NCBI RefSeq assembly: GCF_963676685.1
Contig: NC_092347.1
Span: forward strand, 85,994,001-86,058,000
Reading direction: 5' to 3'
Length of the DNA stretch: 64,000 nucleotides
Source of the DNA: Mytilus edulis
Taxonomy: Eukaryota
In this document: one piece after another, positions 62,101 to 64,000 of the stretch
Numbering within the stretch: position 1 is the stretch's first letter
How the letters are laid out: every line of letters begins with the position of its first letter
Translations under genes and position numbers: made by a program
Notes under the pieces: generated by a model
Seen by the model: only the letters and a program-made list of their open reading frames with translations
What the model was told of the DNA's origin: nothing
Databases searched by the model: none

Positions 62101-64000
62101 TTAGTGTAGACCGTTTTTCATAGTTTAACCTGTCATTTTAATCTATTATCCATATTCATTTTGGTTTCATTGCAGGAAGGTTAATTATAGCAAAGCCAGG
62201 ATAGTTCTTAAAGATAATGAAGCCCTATAATTATATTGTTATTTGAAAATATTGAACATTTACAAAAAATATTCTTGAAAAAAAAACCAGGAATTGGATT
62301 TTTATATCTTTGCCAATTATTTTTTCAGAGTCATGATCATTCCATTTGTGTTAGGCCACCACTTCCCGCTTATACAGTGGCTCAACAGAATATCACCATA
62401 AAACTTGGTGGCAGCTTTGTAAGTATAAAATATAGGTTATAAAAACAGCTTTTTTTCTTCAGCTGTTATCTGCCCTTTGGTCAGGATGTTGTCTCTTTGA
62501 CATATTCCCTATTTCCGTTCTCAATTTTATTGTAAAAATTGAAAATTCCCTTGATGGCACCTTTTTTAATATTGGAAATACGAAATATCTTCTTGGTGGC
62601 AATTCTTAAGTATTGAAAGTAGAAAATATAACTTTGTAGGCAGCTTGGTCAGAATTGAAAAACATATTTTGATGACAATTTTCAAGTTGAAAAGTCTGCA
62701 GGTCTAACATCTGATCTTTAAAGATGACATCTCAAAATCATGCTTTTTTGTCAGTTTATTGTAGACCATATTGGCATGATTGAATACAAGAAGTTTGATA
62801 AAGCAAAAATGTAAGACATAATTATGAAAACTGATATCTGACAAACTGATGTAAGGATATGTTAGTTTAATGCAGGTAGCATTTTTGATTTTTCAAATCA
62901 GAGGGGACAAAAAAGGGACCTTATCATATCTTTACCCTTTTTACACAGCCAAAAATTACAGCTCAAACTGTCTAAACATCCACTTTCCTTCTTAAAAAAG
63001 GCAAGGTGTACTACAGTTATCAGTTTTGACCTGCTTTTATTGCAAATTGAATTCAGTACCACCTCAAAATAATTTATTACATATCCTGATGTGAATTCGA
63101 TGATTATCCTGAAGGTACTTATATACAATATTCTTCATTTCAGGCTAAAATAACAGAAGTAACAGCATGGTATAGCCAGTTAGGATTTGATGGGAAGAAT
63201 GATACATTTATGCAAAAAGTCGATATTAAGGTTAGAAATATAAAGATAGTTGTTTATTTACTGGGTAAGCAAATTCAATGTTGATACAATATACAATTAA
63301 AAATAACACAATCAGGAAGAAAGAAAGCAAACTTAGCTTATTGGTGTGCTGATTTTTTTAAAACCTTAAAAGGAGAATGTATTAAAAGTCTAAATCTGGA
63401 AAACAGGGGAGATAATTAGATAGGATTCAAACCACTATCAAACTGTTTTAATATGGCATAATGTTACATATCATTGATCCTGTATGAATTTTTGATTTAA
63501 ACATTTGTATAGATTTGTAGAAAACAACCTATATTGGTTACTCTCCTATCAAGCAGAGCAAAACGAGGACTGGAATACAACTTTTTCTCACGCTCATTAA
63601 CTGTATGAATTTTTGATTTAAACATTTGTATAGATTTGTAGAAAACAACCTATATTGGTTACTCTCCTATCAAGCAGAGCAAAACGAGGACTGGAATACA
63701 ACTTTTTCTCACACTCATTAACTGTGAAATTTCATAAAAATCCGCTGTCTGAAAAGTTCTCTTGAACCTTTGTCACCAATACAACAATTAATATTAACTT
63801 AAAAGAAATCAATACTATTGATATGATGACATTCAATTACTTTATTATCATTTATAACATGATACAGTTGAATTTTAGGTACCAAATGGATTGATACATC
63901 TGAGATTAGATGTAGATCAAGTAGTAACCATAACAACAATAAAATTAGGTCAGAAAGGAAGTTATCCTAATCCACCACCCAGTAAACCATTTCCTGTGCC
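44146..64000 (+). CDS. GALC: Galactocerebrosidase (GH59), 5' portion running off the window. Exons: 44146-44286, 45141-45209, 54180-54243, 54759-54847, 55125-55289, 55655-55693, 56745-56872, 59720-59837, 60322-60359, 60872-60996, 61664-61803, 62329-62418, 63144-63230, 63879->64000
   Basis: Signal peptide, [61 protein letters not shown], catalytic IWNE and [44 protein letters not shown]. Confidence 0.95.
45529..45924. mobile_element. MITE with ~70-bp TIRs (AATAGACC..GGTCTATT; possibly ISL2EU/Harbinger-like)
   Basis: TAGACCACTTTCGAGTTCATCCGTCACCGG..TCAATTATAC is inverted at the other end. Confidence 0.85.
47058..47366 (-). mobile_element. Short HINE-like element
   Basis: Minus strand reads TTTTATGCCCCACC..GGCATTATG..(GTCT/GTCC)n..GGGGCATC plus hairpin and CTTGTT. 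A related head lies at ~33155-33470. Confidence 0.7.
49819..51811 (+). mobile_element. HINE-like element carrying several satellite arrays (161-bp and ~130/270-bp units)
   Basis: 5' TATACGACCGC and 3' GCGGTCGTATA subterminal inverted repeats, (GTC)n, TGGTTTTCG at 50071/50232/50393, and a 3' hairpin. Confidence 0.8.
56848..59230 (+). repeat. 39-bp minisatellite (~48 units) derived from the GALC exon 7/intron junction, interrupted at ~58522-59000
   Basis: Unit TAGCTAAAGCTATCGACTATATAGG|GTAAGGTTATATAA. The first unit is the real exon end plus donor. Confidence 0.95.
58522..59000 (-). mobile_element. ~480-bp non-autonomous element inserted into the minisatellite
   Basis: It interrupts a repeat unit. 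Its end (CTTCGTCCCCATT..CAGGTAATGCCTGCCTCATA) is the reverse complement of 30661-30700. Confidence 0.75.
63480..63722. repeat. Near-perfect tandem duplication, 121-bp period
   Basis: CTGTATGAATTTTTGATTTAAAC...CTCATTAA starts at 63480 and again at 63601. Confidence 0.9.

Overview
AT-rich, intron-rich animal genomic DNA, probably a bivalve mollusc (the dispersed repeats look Mytilus-like; this is inferred, not verified). Four host genes can be spliced by hand: the 3' end of CCT7 (+), complete FRA10AC1 (-, 13 exons), complete EXOSC1/CSL4 (+, 8 exons, head-to-head with FRA10AC1) and the 5' part of GALC (+). The main feature is a 13,350-bp, apparently intact and recent DNA transposon (11870-25219) in FRA10AC1 intron 7. 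It has identical 105-bp TIRs, a perfect 9-bp TSD (CCAAAATAA) and two convergent spliced genes: a ~1022-aa DDE transposase and a ~468-aa minimal RecQ-type helicase, matching the AcademH architecture. FRA10AC1 and EXOSC1 each carry a U12-type intron. A 39-bp minisatellite amplified from the GALC exon 7/splice-donor junction creates ~48 decoy donors. There is also a 188-bp solo LTR containing a tRNA-like cassette (Helenus-like), a 3.7-kb CAC..GTG element with a 5-bp TSD, a 7-kb CCC..GGG/TA element and many nested MITEs/HINEs. All coordinates were read by eye and may be off by a few bases.
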